From NCBI GenBank assembly GCA_951406725.2, contig OX597826.1, positions 19,964,001-20,028,000 on the forward strand: a stretch of 64,000 bases of DNA, in the 5' to 3' direction. The DNA comes from Octopus vulgaris. Taxonomy: Eukaryota. Below, piece by piece: positions 19,601 to 32,262 of the stretch. The notes beneath the pieces were generated by a model. The model searched no databases, was not told the origin of the DNA, and saw only the letters and a list, made by a program, of their open reading frames with translations. The translations under genes and the position numbers were made by a program. Position 1 is the stretch's first letter. Each line of letters opens with the position of its first letter.

Positions 19601-20099
19601 CCACCTTCAACTCAATTTTGGAACTGATTTTCTATATGTACAAGTAAAATTTTTCAAAACAAAAGAATAAATAGGCGTTGCTGGATATAAAGCAAGCAAA
19701 TACAACATAACAGATTTAACAGACCAACTTTACTATGACTGTCTCTTATTTCTAGTAATGTAGGTGCTTCGGCACCGTTAGTCACACTTAGTGACGATTA
19801 AATTGTTCCTTCGTGGTAATACATTACGCCTAGTATATGCATTAGCATTTCGCAAAATCACTCATAAATTTTTATGGTAAAAAATATATATACTGGCAGA
19901 CGGAACTAGCCAAATCATCGAACGTTTGAGTAGTCACTTGGTGAAACTAGGCCTAGTCTAGTCTTTCTAGAGACGGTGATGGAGTGGTTACCTCCCCTGT
20001 CAGCAGTGTAGCTATATACAGCATTAAGAGTTTATTACTCTTATTTCTAGCAATGTAGGTGCTTCGGCACCTTTAATCACATTTATAGAGATATGCCTA

Positions 20100-20165
20100 T
20101 GTATATACATATGCACACACATACATATACATGGGTGTATGTGTATACATACACACACATACATA

Positions 20166-20208
<43 letters not shown>

Positions 20209-20280
20209 ACATACATACATACATACATACATACATACATACATACATACATACATACACACTTATATACACCCACATAT
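20100..20280. repeat. (CATA)n/(CA)n microsatellite
   Basis: Direct read. Confidence 0.9.
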
Positions 20281-20409
20281 AGACATAGTTCCTTACACTA
20301 TACACTTTTGAAAGTGTATAGTGAAACCGGTCCAGTGTATTCCTATGTTTTAAAATATAATTAATTTATTCCGTACACATTTTCAACTTCATTTCCGCTT
20401 CTATTCTTC

Positions 20410-20561
20410 CTTTGGGGGAGGGGACTAGTCGATTACAACGACCCCCGCGTTTCACTGGTACTTAATTTTACGACCCCCAGAAAGGGTGAAAGACAAAGTT
20501 GACTTCAGCAGAACTTGAATTCATAAAATGCAGCTAAACATTTTGCCAGCTTGCCGCCTTA
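20410..20561 (-). mobile_element. Deu/Nin-domain SINE copy (internally shortened)
   Basis: Reverse complement of the 27355-27520 type (AAGGCGGCAAGCTGGCA...GTCAACTTTGTCTTTCACCC...AATTAAGTACCAG). Confidence 0.7.
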
Positions 20562-20626
<65 letters not shown>

Positions 20627-20627
<1 letters not shown>

Positions 20628-20875
20628 GCCTTGATGCAGTACTAGACAGTGGCTCTCATGGCTTCTGATCTTAACTGGTTGGAAGTGTTAACATGTACAT
20701 TGTTTTGTCTTGGTATAAAAGATGGGCTACAGCAAATATTTGCTTGTCAGTTGTTTGACCTTAACCAGTTGGCCATGTCCCTGAGTGGCTGACGATATGT
20801 GCATCTCTGATCATGAGCAGAAGTAGTGGGGGAGCATCATAGCCGCGTGTTGGGAGGGATTCTTTGGGGTTTGAA
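20627..20875 (+). mobile_element. 5' half of the TAA-associated non-autonomous element
   Basis: Reverse complement of about 14905-15170 with a small deletion; preceded by (AAT)n at 20562-20626. Confidence 0.8.
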
Positions 20876-21369
20876 TTTATTATTATTATTATTATTATAA
20901 TTGACCAGACATTGGAGACCGGATATTGTTGTAGTGAGTTCGATCTTCCACTATGCTACCTTTTATGTACATGACAGTTTTCGCACAAATCTTCACTGCC
21001 AGCTTTGTTTAAGTGAGAAATTATTATTTCAAAATGACATCAGAGTGTATGAGAAATGTCAGTTTATTGCCGTCGTTATCCAGAGTCCTTAATCGTGACT
21101 ATGCCTGCAAATAGGTGATTGCAGTCGTGATGTACCTTGAAATAGATAATTGAAGGAAAAGACATCAACAAAATTTGAAATAATGCGTGGTCTTTTTAGC
21201 CCGCTTCTAAAAACATTTAGCCACCACTACGTTTCATTTGTGGTGTTATTCTCTTTTCACAGTGCAATTCACAGTGCAATTACTTGTGTTATTACTACAA
21301 AGTAGTACTTGAACAGCCATTTGGTCAAGATATTTATAATTTGATTTTTACATTCTCATTATACTACAG

Positions 21370-21531
21370 CTATGGTTACAACAACAACACTTTCTACTAC
21401 AGAAAAAACTACTGCAAAAACAACATCGACAATTGCTAAAGTTCTAAACACGACTAAAGCCACAACTATAACAAAGCATCCGATTACAAATTCAACGACA
21501 GCAAGAACCACCAGTATGTCATCCTTTGATG
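21370..21531 (+). CDS. Exon: Thr-rich mucin-like linker (phase 1-1)
   Basis: tactacAG|CTATG...GATG|GTAAAT; 162 nt; MVTTTTLSTTEKTTAKTTSTIAK...TTARTTSMSSFD. Confidence 0.8.
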
Positions 21532-22389
21532 GTAAATATTTTTTTTGTTTTCTTCAATATTCCCCATCGTCTGATACTTTTAAAATTAATCTTACAAATC
21601 TGAAATAAGTATTTACTTTATAAGTGTTCCTTTCACGAATTTTGCTATTATCATTCACAGCTCAATTCATTCATTCAGTAATTCCCCTCCGATTTGTAAG
21701 TTGTAATTTTATGAGATACCAAAACCAAATACCATGGTTATTTCTTTAAGCGTGGCATACTTATGATTTGGTAATACATAGCAAGGAATTGTATGCCATT
21801 ATATTGTAGTTTTGCGTGGTTATATACTGTAGAGGGGCCTGGGGACACGCAATCATATACTCGTGGTCAGAAATATAATTTAAAATACCTAAAGAATATG
21901 AGAATATATTTTTTTATATTGATATAAATCATTAATATTGATAAGAAGTGTAATGATTGAAATTTATTCGATATTATCTCTTTGTATGGTATTTGCATCT
22001 CCGAGGAGTTACAGCAGCTTATTGAATTGAAACCAATTTGTGCTACTAGTACTACTAGCGAAGGATCAAAGGAAAACTGACCGTTAAGTTCTTAATTTGA
22101 AATTTGGTTTTATTATCAATTCTGTGTATGGAATGAATTGTGATTTTCATACCTTTCTCACGGGTATTAGCAGTGTGAGATAAGTATTGAAATAGTACCG
22201 AGGTGTAAATCTATTGTTAGTTTCAAGTTCGTTCTTTGGTAACTTACCAGCAACTTCAGATATAATAAAGATTTCTTACAATGAAACAGATCGAATGAAG
22301 TTATATGACAAAAGTCGGAACTAAGCACTGACATCAATCACAATACACTGGAATAAATTAATGCTTTTTGATTTGTCTATTTTTACTAG

Positions 22390-22520
22390 GTGCAATTGGC
22401 TGTTTCAAAGATTCTGAAGATAGGGCGATGCCAAGTAAAGTCTGGGAAAATCAAGCAATGACAGCCAAAATCTGTCGAGTAGTATGCGGAAAATGGGGAT
22501 ACAAATATGCTGGTTTGGAA
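22390..22520 (+). CDS. Exon: WSC domain 1, N-half (phase 1-0)
   Basis: ttttactAG|GTGCA...TTGGAA|GTAAGT; 131 nt; IGCFKDSEDRAM...MTAKICRVVCGKWGYKYAGLE. Confidence 0.9.
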
Positions 22521-22568
22521 GTAAGTAATTCATTCGAATTTATCTATAAGTTTACAGGTGGTATAGTG

Positions 22569-24598
22569 CAGGAGTGGGTAATTCACGTTCGCGGACCGCA
22601 TACAGCCTGGGGAAGCATTCAGCAAAATAATTTTCCAAGTCTATAATTTTCGTAGACTGATCACAGTAAACTGCTAGTACCAAAGCTAACTTGAACAGAG
22701 ACTTGCTTCCTTTGTTTCACAGAAAATTAGCCCCGTGTTTTAATTGGCGGATACCTACTACGCATGTGCCTGTTTATACATATGCGCACTCCTTTCATAC
22801 GCAACAGTTTTCTCTTTGCAACAGTAAGATATGTAACGTTCCGACCCGTGAAAACATGTGCCCTCCTAAAAAGCGCAAAATCGAAAAAGAATGCCGTGCG
22901 TTCAATGAAGACTGGACGCACAAATATTTGTTCAGTAACTCAGGGAATATGGCAGTCTGTTTACTATCAATTTGAAACGACACCACCAAACAAAACATGG
23001 CGCGTTTGGTAACGAAATGTCCGAGGAAGACAGCAGGAAAAAAGCTGCAGAGTGTGTTACGAAGCTGAAGAAGCAACAGACCATATTTACAAAGCAATCG
23101 ACACTTCGAGATAGAGCTACAGAGGCAAGTTTCATGGCAGCATACAATCTCGCTAAAAGCAACAAGCTATTTTCTGATAGCAAGTTTATTAAGCAGTTCT
23201 TGGTAGATTGCGCAAGCGTCCCGTGCCCTGATGCAAGAAGCAAATTCGAAACCATTTCATTATCAAGAAGGACTATGGTACGGCACACAGGCTTAAATAG
23301 TAATGAATTAACAGAAGAACTAAAGTCAGCGAGTAAAAATTCTGTTTGGCTTTCGTTGGCACCGGATGAGAGCTCTAATAACCAAGACACTACACAGTTA
23401 CTTATCTTTGTCCGTGGACAGGACTTGTATGAACGTGTTGAGGATTGTGTGGAGAAAAGAGCCTTGTCATGGAATAGAATGGCAAGCATTAAAACAGATG
23501 AGGCCAAAGCATTTACCAGAAAAAATGTAGGTATGATTAAACTTTCAGAGAACAAGTTAAAACAGGATACCCAGACAATGATATCTTGTCTTTTCATTGT
23601 ATTTTGCGTCAGGAAAGCCTCTGTAAAGCTGCACTGGACCTAAATGATGTGGTGGATCCTGTAGTGAGCGTGGTGAACACAGTCAGAGCAAGGGCGCTCT
23701 ACCGTCAACAATTTAAACCTCTGCTTGAGGATATGGATGATGTGATTTACCACAACAGTGTTCAGTTATTGAGCCTTGGAAAATGCTGAAACAGGTTTGG
23801 GAATTACAGAATGAAATCCTCCTCTTTCTGGACATGAAGGGGCTTTCATGTGATTTTGTGACCAAAATGGGATGTGAGGATTGGAGATAGGAGATGATGT
23901 TTGCAGCTGATATGTTTGAGAAATTAAATGAATTGAATGTGACATTGCAGGGAAAGAGGTTGTTTGTACATGAAATGTTTAGGCATGTGAGATCATTCAA
24001 AACAAAACTAGGACTATTTGCAAGGCAAGCAGGTGAGGGCAAGTTTTGTAATTTCCCTTTATTAAGAAAACAGAAAGTGCCTGCAAGTGTTTCTTCCAAG
24101 ATTAGGGATCATTTGCTGAGTTTGGAGGATGAGGTCACCAGAAGATTTCAGAACTTTAAGAAAATTGAGCCTGATTTCAATTTGCTACCTTATCCTTTTG
24201 CAGTTGATACTGATACAGCGCCTGAGGAGGTGAAGCTTGAACTAATTGACGTGCAGTCAGATCACACTGCACGTCAGTGTGATCTGAGGATCTCAACAAG
24301 CAATGATGAGGATCTCAACGAGCAACCTCACTCCCAATTTCAAAAGAATTGTAAATGTCTCATTAAATTATTTGTGCTAGCTGGCGTGTAATTTGCACAT
24401 AGATAGATTTAATGAAACCTTTTTTGTGTACCACTGTTGTTTTAATTTTATTTATTACTATGACGTAATTTGCACTTCGCATTTAATGAAGTGTAATGGT
24501 AATTAATGAATACAATCAGTTATAGAAGGTGCAGCTCTCTGCAAACCACGGCCCTCTCAAAGTGCCCCCCACCAAGCCAAAACAATTGCCCACCCCTG
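22569..24598 (+). mobile_element. hAT (Buster/Charlie/SPIN-like) DNA transposon, decayed, intronic
   Basis: TIRs CAGGAGTGGGTAATT and AATTGCCCACCCCTG (13/15 match). 8-bp TSD GTATAGTG/CTATAGTG with central TA. Broken transposase: KKRKIEKECRAFNEDW...AVCLL, LSLAPDES, HCILRQESLC, KLNELNVTLQGK (GTF2IRD2/EPM2AIP1/SPIN-like). Confidence 0.9.
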
Positions 24599-26261
24599 CT
24601 ATAGTGGAATCTTTTTTATAGTGGTAGTAAAATATTGTCATCAAAGCTTTATATTCTGCAGGGGCAACAAATAAGAATTTGTGGCATTCATGGATATTCT
24701 CAGTGTAAGTCAAGTAAGACATTATCTGCTGTAAATTAGTGCCTTTTCTATGACACTCATTACATATTTCTTCACTACTCTTTTATATTCTTATTTCAAA
24801 TACTCCCAAATTCAGCTGTAGTATCCTTCTCCCTATGTTCGAGCAATTAAATCTACTGGCTATACCTCTCTTTTCTATGTATAGTTGTTCTTTTACAATT
24901 CGTTCGACATATATTTAGATGATTTCAGGCATATTTCATTCCAGATTTTACAACCAATATCTGCATCGTTCTCAGAATGACTTAGACTTGAATAGTATGT
25001 ACAGCAAACTTGCATATTAGCGGCAATACCCTAGCCTGATGCCAAACCATGGATTGAAACAAATAAAAGAATATAATACACTCAAGTAGCAATTTTCTTA
25101 CATTTATATTCAATTATCTGGGACAAATGCCTATTGTTAGGTCCCAATGAGGATGTAAGGGTGGTACGAATAGTTTCGACTAATTTCATCATATTTACTA
25201 GAAAGAAATATCTAGCTATCCGTTTCATTTAAACCGAAAAAATGGGATGAGCCCAGCAAAGCAATAGGTGAACACCTGGTTAGAACAAATCCTATATGTT
25301 GATAGATCATCAGAGGAATGCATTGAAGGTAGAAATGAAAATTAACGACAAAGAGTAAATTGATGGACAGGATGAGATAAACAAGTAAAAGTTATGTCCT
25401 GAAAATGAGATAAAATGGCATCACTCAGTAATAAAAAAAAGAACCGACTTTTTAGGGGGTATTTCCAGATACTAATGATCACAGGCTAATAATTCGTGCA
25501 AAGATCCAAGATTACTATGATAAAGGAGTTGTGGATGAAATTAGATCATGCTTGTTTATGCCACATAAGTAATACAATTGACATAACAAGAATCCAACTG
25601 ATAGACTCGTTTTATCATTAGTTTACTTGTAATAATCTTATGTCATTTATATAATAATGATTTATGCTGAAATGGGTACTTAGCTTAATCTTTGCAAGAG
25701 AAGAATGTAAAATACTAAAATCAGGGAGGTACCATAATTTTCATGGTTTTCCGAACAACTGTTTGTTAAAATAGTGTCAAGCTTTTCCTTCTGCACGTCA
25801 TGAATTAACGCATTAATCGCACTCCATGCAAGGGACACAACTGTGCAATCAACAAGTGTGTCAATATATCATGAGAAATAACTCCTTTCAAGCAGCTCTT
25901 TGTTATTAATAATCGTTCGCCCGATTATTACAGGCGCTTTAGATCTCCCAAGCTCACATGTAAATGATTAAGAGAAATTCTTTCATTTAGTTTATGGAAG
26001 ATTATTAGAAATTGGATTTTTAAAAAACTTCAACTTTCGGCATTTAAAAAAATAAGTTATGTCTCAGTTTTCTTCTTTTGCTGGTTGTTACCGATTTTAA
26101 ATTCCTTCACTAACTTGATGGCAATATTAAATGCTTAAGACGAAATAATTTGTATCGAAAATCGACTCTGGCATAAAGGGACGTGACTAAATACGTCATG
26201 ACTATTGTTCAGCGCTCTACAAACAGCAAATTTTAATTAAAATATTCCCAAATTCTTTCAG

Positions 26262-26397
26262 GATTCAATTTATTGCTATTGTGCTAATAACTATAGCAAA
26301 CACGGCGCCTTGGATAAGTCCAAATGTTACTCCAAATGTCCGGGTAAGCCATCCGATATATGTGGAGGCCGTTACGCACTATCCGTGTATTCTTCAG
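26262..26397 (+). CDS. Exon: WSC domain 1, C-half (phase 0-1)
   Basis: ttctttcAG|GATTCA...TCAG|GTAAGA; 136 nt; DSIYCYCANNYSKHGALDKSKCYSKCPGKPSDICGGRYALSVY (not in the supplied ORF track). Confidence 0.9.
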
Positions 26398-26939
26398 GTA
26401 AGACATTTCGCACGTATTTGTTCTTTAATAAAACCACTTAGCAATACACTACAAAAAACACAGTCTTATACTGTTAACACATACGAACACATTCCTATTT
26501 AGATGTCATCCATGCGAGCTCTGCAGTTACTGTAATACAGACTAAAACTCCAGGCAAACGCCTACTAAACATAGTCATGATTTTGAAGGCAACTTAAGAA
26601 ATGATCGGCCAATGACTTGACACCAAACTCACAACATGATGTTCCATTCTACGTTAAAGCTATTTCACTCCATTAGTAAGTAATGTTAGTAAAATAGCAG
26701 CATTAAGACACTCATTAATCACATGCTTAGTATTCTTAATTTTTATGACGATCCGGTAGAAGGAAGATGAAACAGATGCAGAACATGAAATATCCGCAGA
26801 ACATGAAACAACCGCCCTCAGATATTATGAAATTCCTTTTATTCTTAAACACACTTTACTAAACTATAACTTTATTAGAATTATTAAATGATATTGTCAT
26901 CCTCAAGTACATTAATATTTTTTTCTTTTTAAATTTTAG

Positions 26940-26960
26940 TTCCTTTTGTAAAGAAGCAAG
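26940..26960 (+). CDS. 21-nt micro-exon (phase 1-1) linking the WSC domains
   Basis: ttttctttttaaattttAG|TTCCTTTTGTAAAGAAGCAAG|GTAAGA; encodes (V)PFVKKQ and preserves frame. Confidence 0.6.
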
Positions 26961-27354
26961 GTAAGAAACTATTAAAATATATTTTGAATTTGTTGGATAT
27001 TTGTTGTGTTTTTGATCAGTTGTTTAGCTATAGGTCATTTCTGATCAAGAAAATTTATAATCAAAGCTGTTCCGGCCATGACTATCCGTCTTTTCTTTGG
27101 TTCCAGTCTAAATTGAACTACATTATTCTGCGTATCCTCTTTATTTTAAGATGGAAAGCTGCGATTTTAAAGCGATTTGGCTGCTATTGCCAGCAGATCG
27201 GGTGAAGGCATAAATAGACTCCTTCGTTGACAGTTCTTTGGTATAAATCATTGTTTGTGCTTCCTTCTCATATGTTCTTTCGTCTTATTGTTCACAGATA
27301 TGCCGTGATTTTTATCAGCTCGCATATATTTAACAGTCAATATCTCATCACTGT

Positions 27355-27700
27355 AAGGCGGCGAGCTGGCAGAAACGTTAGCACGCCGGACGAAATGCGT
27401 AGCCGTATTTCGTCTGCCGTTACGTTCTGAGTTCAGATTCCGCCGAGGTTGACTTTGCCTTTCATCGTTTCGGGGTCGATAAATTAAGTACCAGTTACGC
27501 ACTGGTGTCGATGTAATCAAGTTAATCCGTTTGTCTGTCCTTGTTTGTCCCCTCTGTGTTTAGCTCCTTGTAGGTAGTAAAGAAATTGGTATTTCGTCTG
27601 TCTTTACGTTCTGTGTTCAAATTCCGCCGAGGTCGACTTTGCCTTTCATCTTGGCCCCCTCTCCAAAAATTTCGGGGCTTATACCTAGAGTAAAAAAAAA
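27355..27700 (+). mobile_element. tRNA-derived Deu/Nin-domain SINE (OR2-like) with partial tandem duplication
   Basis: Head AAGGCGGCGAGCTGGCAGAAACG...GAGTTCAGATTCC (B box); central GACTTTGCCTTTCATC...GGGGTCGATAAATTAAGTACC; the segment repeats at 27589-27650. Confidence 0.8.
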
Positions 27701-27741
27701 TATTTCGTCACTCAAATGAATTAATTATTTTGTATGAGCAG

Positions 27742-27866
27742 ACTACATCGGCTGTTTTCATGATAAAGCCATATCGAGGGTAATGACAAGCAGAATCTGG
27801 ATGAGTGAAAATCTTACTATAAAGAATTGTCAAAATAAATGTGGCAGATGGAAGTACAAATATGCT
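27742..27866 (+). CDS. Extra WSC N-half exon with weak or lost donor (alternative exon or pseudo-exon)
   Basis: gcAG|ACTAC...; YIGCFHDKAISRVM...LTIKNCQNKCGRWKYKYA followed by GTGTAT instead of GLx|GTAAGT. Confidence 0.55.
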
Positions 27867-28173
27867 GTGTATCACTTATTGACAATAATGTGTTTTATTG
27901 TATATCTCTTCATCTCCGTCTACGAGCCATTATATGTGTTTTTTATCGCGTGTCAGTGTAGGGCAGACAAATTTTGATTAGAGGAAACAAACTTAGAAAA
28001 GTGAACATCAGACGTGGAATATTTCAAAGTGATTGCTTAACTCAATTGCTGTTTGTATTTGGCCAGTTTGATATTGCGAAAAGTTAAAATAGCTTCCGGT
28101 CTGGGGAAAAGATGTGATCAGATAAATCATCTCCTTGTTTTGGATGATTTATAAAGATTTATACGAAAAATGA

Positions 28174-28214
<41 letters not shown>

Positions 28215-28216
28215 CC

Positions 28217-28284
<68 letters not shown>

Positions 28285-28309
28285 CATCATCATCATCATC
28301 ATCATCACC

Positions 28310-28396
<87 letters not shown>
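28174..28396. repeat. (CAT)/(TAT)n compound microsatellite
   Basis: Direct read. Confidence 0.95.
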
Positions 28397-28399
<3 letters not shown>

Positions 28400-28945
28400 T
28401 AGTTTTATTTTTATAGCGTGCTTTCAATATTCTTTATTTCTTCATAGTTGTTAGGTACTATGACTCTATTTTTTTTTGTATTTTTAAGCTTCCTTAACGA
28501 CCGAAAACAGTTTTCTGTTTTGTTCGTGTTTTGTGGCTGTTTGTATTAGTTTTCCTTGCTTCTGATGTAGTTATTTTGTAATCGTAAGGTGGTTATTTTG
28601 TAATAGTTTTCTAGCCTCTACTACCTTCCATACATTGTATATATAACCTTTCTATGTCAGATTTTGGGTGGTGCATCCTAGATCCTGTCATTATTTTTCC
28701 TGTTTTCCTGTCTATTTTTGTTAGTTTATTTAATGTCCAGCTAAAGATATTGTTGCTGTAACTTATAACTGGGACGGCTAAAGTGTTAATACCTGTTATC
28801 TTGTTTTTAGCATTGAGCTCTGTTTTCAGTATTGATCTAACTCGTCTATAGTATTCTTTTTTATTTTTTTATTTCGTTTGTATGCGTTATATCGCATCTA
28901 GTTCATTGATTCCTATGTCTGGCTTTGGTCTAATTCTCTTATTCT
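28397..28945 (-). mobile_element. Internally deleted Dong family 1 copy
   Basis: The 3' end matches the reverse complement of 4085-4113, then the sequence jumps to the homologue of about 2680-3175. Confidence 0.8.
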
Positions 28946-29330
28946 CACATCCAGTTCTGTTTGAAAGGGCTAAAGACAGACACTTTCCTCTTCGGCCAAG
29001 CCCTCATCAACTTTTTCAAGTTTCGCTTGAAAAAAAAAGTTGAGGATGGAGAGGGAGGTGTTGCCTTGCAGCAAGTTTGTTGAAAGGTAAATAAATGACC
29101 CGTGTGAAAGGACCAATTCTGAGCGTGCACCTTTAAAAAGGGAATTAAAGAAGGGCTCTTACCCTGTTGATCAGCCACCCTATTGGGAGTTTTTATTAGT
29201 TTAATTTTTAATTGCTATTTATATTGTTTACACGTGGAAAACCCAGTGTATCGTCCTGTTTTTATCTTTTATAATGTTGTATGCCATTTAATGTTTTCTA
29301 TGTGAGTCCTTGTGGCTAATAGAAGAATTT
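28946..29330 (+). mobile_element. Tx1/L1-clade 3' fragment
   Basis: LKGLKTDTFLFGQALINFFKF matches 40470-40620 and 56700-56870; the 3' UTR ends tgtggctaatagaag. Confidence 0.75.
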
Positions 29331-29345
29331 ATTGTTATTATCATT

Positions 29346-30147
29346 CAGTAGTTTTATTTTCATCGTGATTTCACTTCACTACCCAGCGCGGTTCTGTGTA
29401 CCTTGGGTATGTGCTGTGATTTGTTGTGATGCTCTGATGGTTTTACTGTATTGAAAGTGTTCTGCGTAGGATGTGGGCAGTGCCCAGTTGTGCAATTTTC
29501 TGTATGTTATATGTGTTTGTAAGTCCTAGTATTTTCGTTATGTATTTGTCTGAATATTTTTTTATCATGCCTAATGCGCCTACTATGATAGGAATTGTTT
29601 CTGTTTTTAGATTCCACATTCTAATTACCTCTATTTCCAGGTCTTTGTATTTTGAAAGTTTCTCCAATTCTTTTAGAGAAACGTTGTCATCTGCTGGTAT
29701 TGATGCATTAATTAGAAATTTTTTTTTTCTTCATGATCTCTGACAACTATATCTGGTCAATTGACCTTAATTTCTCTATCTGTGTGTATTGGCATATCCC
29801 AGAGTATGCTTGCTTTCTCGTTTTCTGTGACCTTTTCTAGTGTGTGCCTATACCATCTTTTTTCTGTTGTTATTCCATAATGTTGGCATAGCTTCCAGTG
29901 TATGTAGCTCCCAACTCAGTGGTGTCTGTGAATATATTCCTTCTTAGCCAGGACTGGGCAGCCAGAGATAATATGATTTATTGTTCCTTGTCCATCTCCA
30001 CATATTCTGAAGTTACTTGTAATATTTCTTTTCATTACATGTTTTTAGTAATTTCTGGTGGGGAGGCTTTGGTCTTGTGCTGCAATTAAAAAACCCTCCG
30101 TCTCTGCTTTGAGTCCTGAGCTTCTCAACCATTGCTGGGATTTTCAA
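29346..30147 (-). mobile_element. 5'-truncated Dong family 1 copy
   Basis: ORF 29443-29667 is nearly identical to 3792-4016 and the 3' UTR is the same; bounded by (TTA)n at 30150-30295. Confidence 0.88.
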
Positions 30148-30148
30148 C

Positions 30149-30212
<64 letters not shown>

Positions 30213-30228
30213 GTTATTGTTGTTGTTA

Positions 30229-30277
<49 letters not shown>

Positions 30278-30655
30278 CATTATTATTATTATTATTGTTC
30301 TTTCTTTTAACTCATGTTTTTGGAACCCCTGGAGTCTTGCATGCATAGCGGGCTTGCTACCTGCAGCCTATGGTACCATGCTCTTTATTCATCTCAACTA
30401 TCTGATACTTTCCTGATGATTTGGGCCATGCCAGGGAGGCAAACTTTATTGGGCACTTTATTATTATTATCGTTGTTGTTGTTGCTGCTGCTGCTGCTGT
30501 TGAGTATATATACATTTGCCTACTTGTATGTGAGCAGTAGTACAAAAACAGCTCTACATACATCACTCTGAAATTAAATTTTTTCAAATCTGCATCAGAT
30601 GTGTGATTATATTGTCACTTGTCTATTTCTATTGAAACACTTCTCCGCGTTTAAG

Positions 30656-30786
30656 GGTATATTGGCTGCTTTAAAGATGGACGTCCTCCTGCAATAGAAA
30701 ATCGGGACTGGAGAGAAGATAAAATGACTATAGAAAAATGTCAGAATCACTGTCGAGAAAGACGCACAAAATATGCTGGTCTGCAG
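30656..30786 (+). CDS. Exon: WSC domain 2, N-half (phase 1-0)
   Basis: gtttaAG|GGTAT...CTGCAG|GTAAGT; 131 nt; YIGCFKDGRPPAIENRDWREDKMTIEKCQNHCRERRTKYAGLQ. Confidence 0.9.
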
Positions 30787-31410
30787 GTAAGTAAATACAA
30801 TTTAATGTTTCAATATTCTAATGTTCTTCTATGTATATGTATACACACAGATGTGTGTGTGTATGTGTGTGTGTATGTGTGTGTGTGTGTGTGTACAATA
30901 TAGATGGACATTTCTCCATTAACTACAAGAAATTGTTAGCAATAGTTTACGAGTATTTTATAGTTATGCAAATTACAAGTATTCCAACTAAACCATCAGA
31001 GGAAAATTCTAGAAACAACGATTGAAGCCTGCTCAATCAGCGTCATTATTTATGGGGTCAAGTCCATTAATAACACATAATCGAGTTGTCTGTGAACCCC
31101 ACTGAACGTGATTTGCTTTGTAGTTTTAACGATAGCTTGCTATTTTTTTCGGCCAAAAATTGTTTAAAAGAGACGTAGTTTAAGGCGAGGAAAATTTTAT
31201 TCTGTCTGATAAAGCATGGCCATGTGATGTTTCTTATTACGAGGTTCAAAGAAAATTCATGTCGCTATAAGAAAATGGCGAAGGTTATAACTGAGCCAAC
31301 TACAGCACATTATTGATATTTACTTCATACACAGTGAAGGGCTGAAAATTACAAACAATCTCCCGATATTTGAAATATAAATGCTCAAACCATTCCAGCT
31401 TTATTATCAT

Positions 31411-31622
31411 CTCTTTTACTCTTTTACTAGTTTACTTGTTTCAGTCATTTGACTGCGGCCATGCTGGAACACCGCCTTTAGTCGAAGAAATCGACCCCAG
31501 GACTTATTCTTTGTAAGCCTAGTACTTATTCTATCGGTCTCTTTTGCCGGACCGCTAAGTTACGGGGACGTAAACACATCTGCATCGGTTGTCAAGCGAT
31601 GTTGGGGGACAAACACAGACAC

Positions 31623-31675
<53 letters not shown>

Positions 31676-31860
31676 TATACATATATATATATATATATAT
31701 ACAACGGGCTTCTTTCAGTTTCCGTCTGCCAAATCCACTCACAAAGCTTTGGTCGGCCCGAGGCTATAGTAGAAGACACTTGCTCAAGGTGCCACGCAGT
31801 GGGATGAATTCGGAACAATGTGGTTGGTAAGGAAGCTACTTACCACACAGCCACTCCTGC
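31411..31860 (-). mobile_element. Full-length OR1-like CORE-SINE
   Basis: Homologous to 15597-16062; head GCAGGAGTGGCTGTGTGGTAAG on the minus strand. Confidence 0.8.
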
Positions 31861-32262
31861 GTCTATCTCTTCATTTTATTCATTTATAAATATTTGAACT
31901 TGTGCTAATTTCGTATTTCATAAATTAATAATTTAATTACCATCCAAGTATAACGAAACGCTATCAGATATCGCACTTAATGAGGTGGTTATATTTATCT
32001 TCTGTTTCGTTGATAGATAAGTATACTTGGTACAGCGTCCGATAAAATGCCTTCAAATCCATTCTCCTAGGATCCATAAAGTAACATACCAGTCAGAGAT
32101 AAATTGTAGGGATAGATTTTATTGACTTTACAAAACTATCAGTTTCAACCAAATTAGAAGTCATTATTTACATCTTAATTCAGATGCCATTGAAATTTGT
32201 ATATACCTTGCCATTTAATTGATCGATTGTTTTGTTATATATTTTGAACCGCTAAAATTTAG

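Noticed and set aside
22932-23597. 221-aa minus-strand ORF
   Set aside because: Antisense to the hAT transposase fragment
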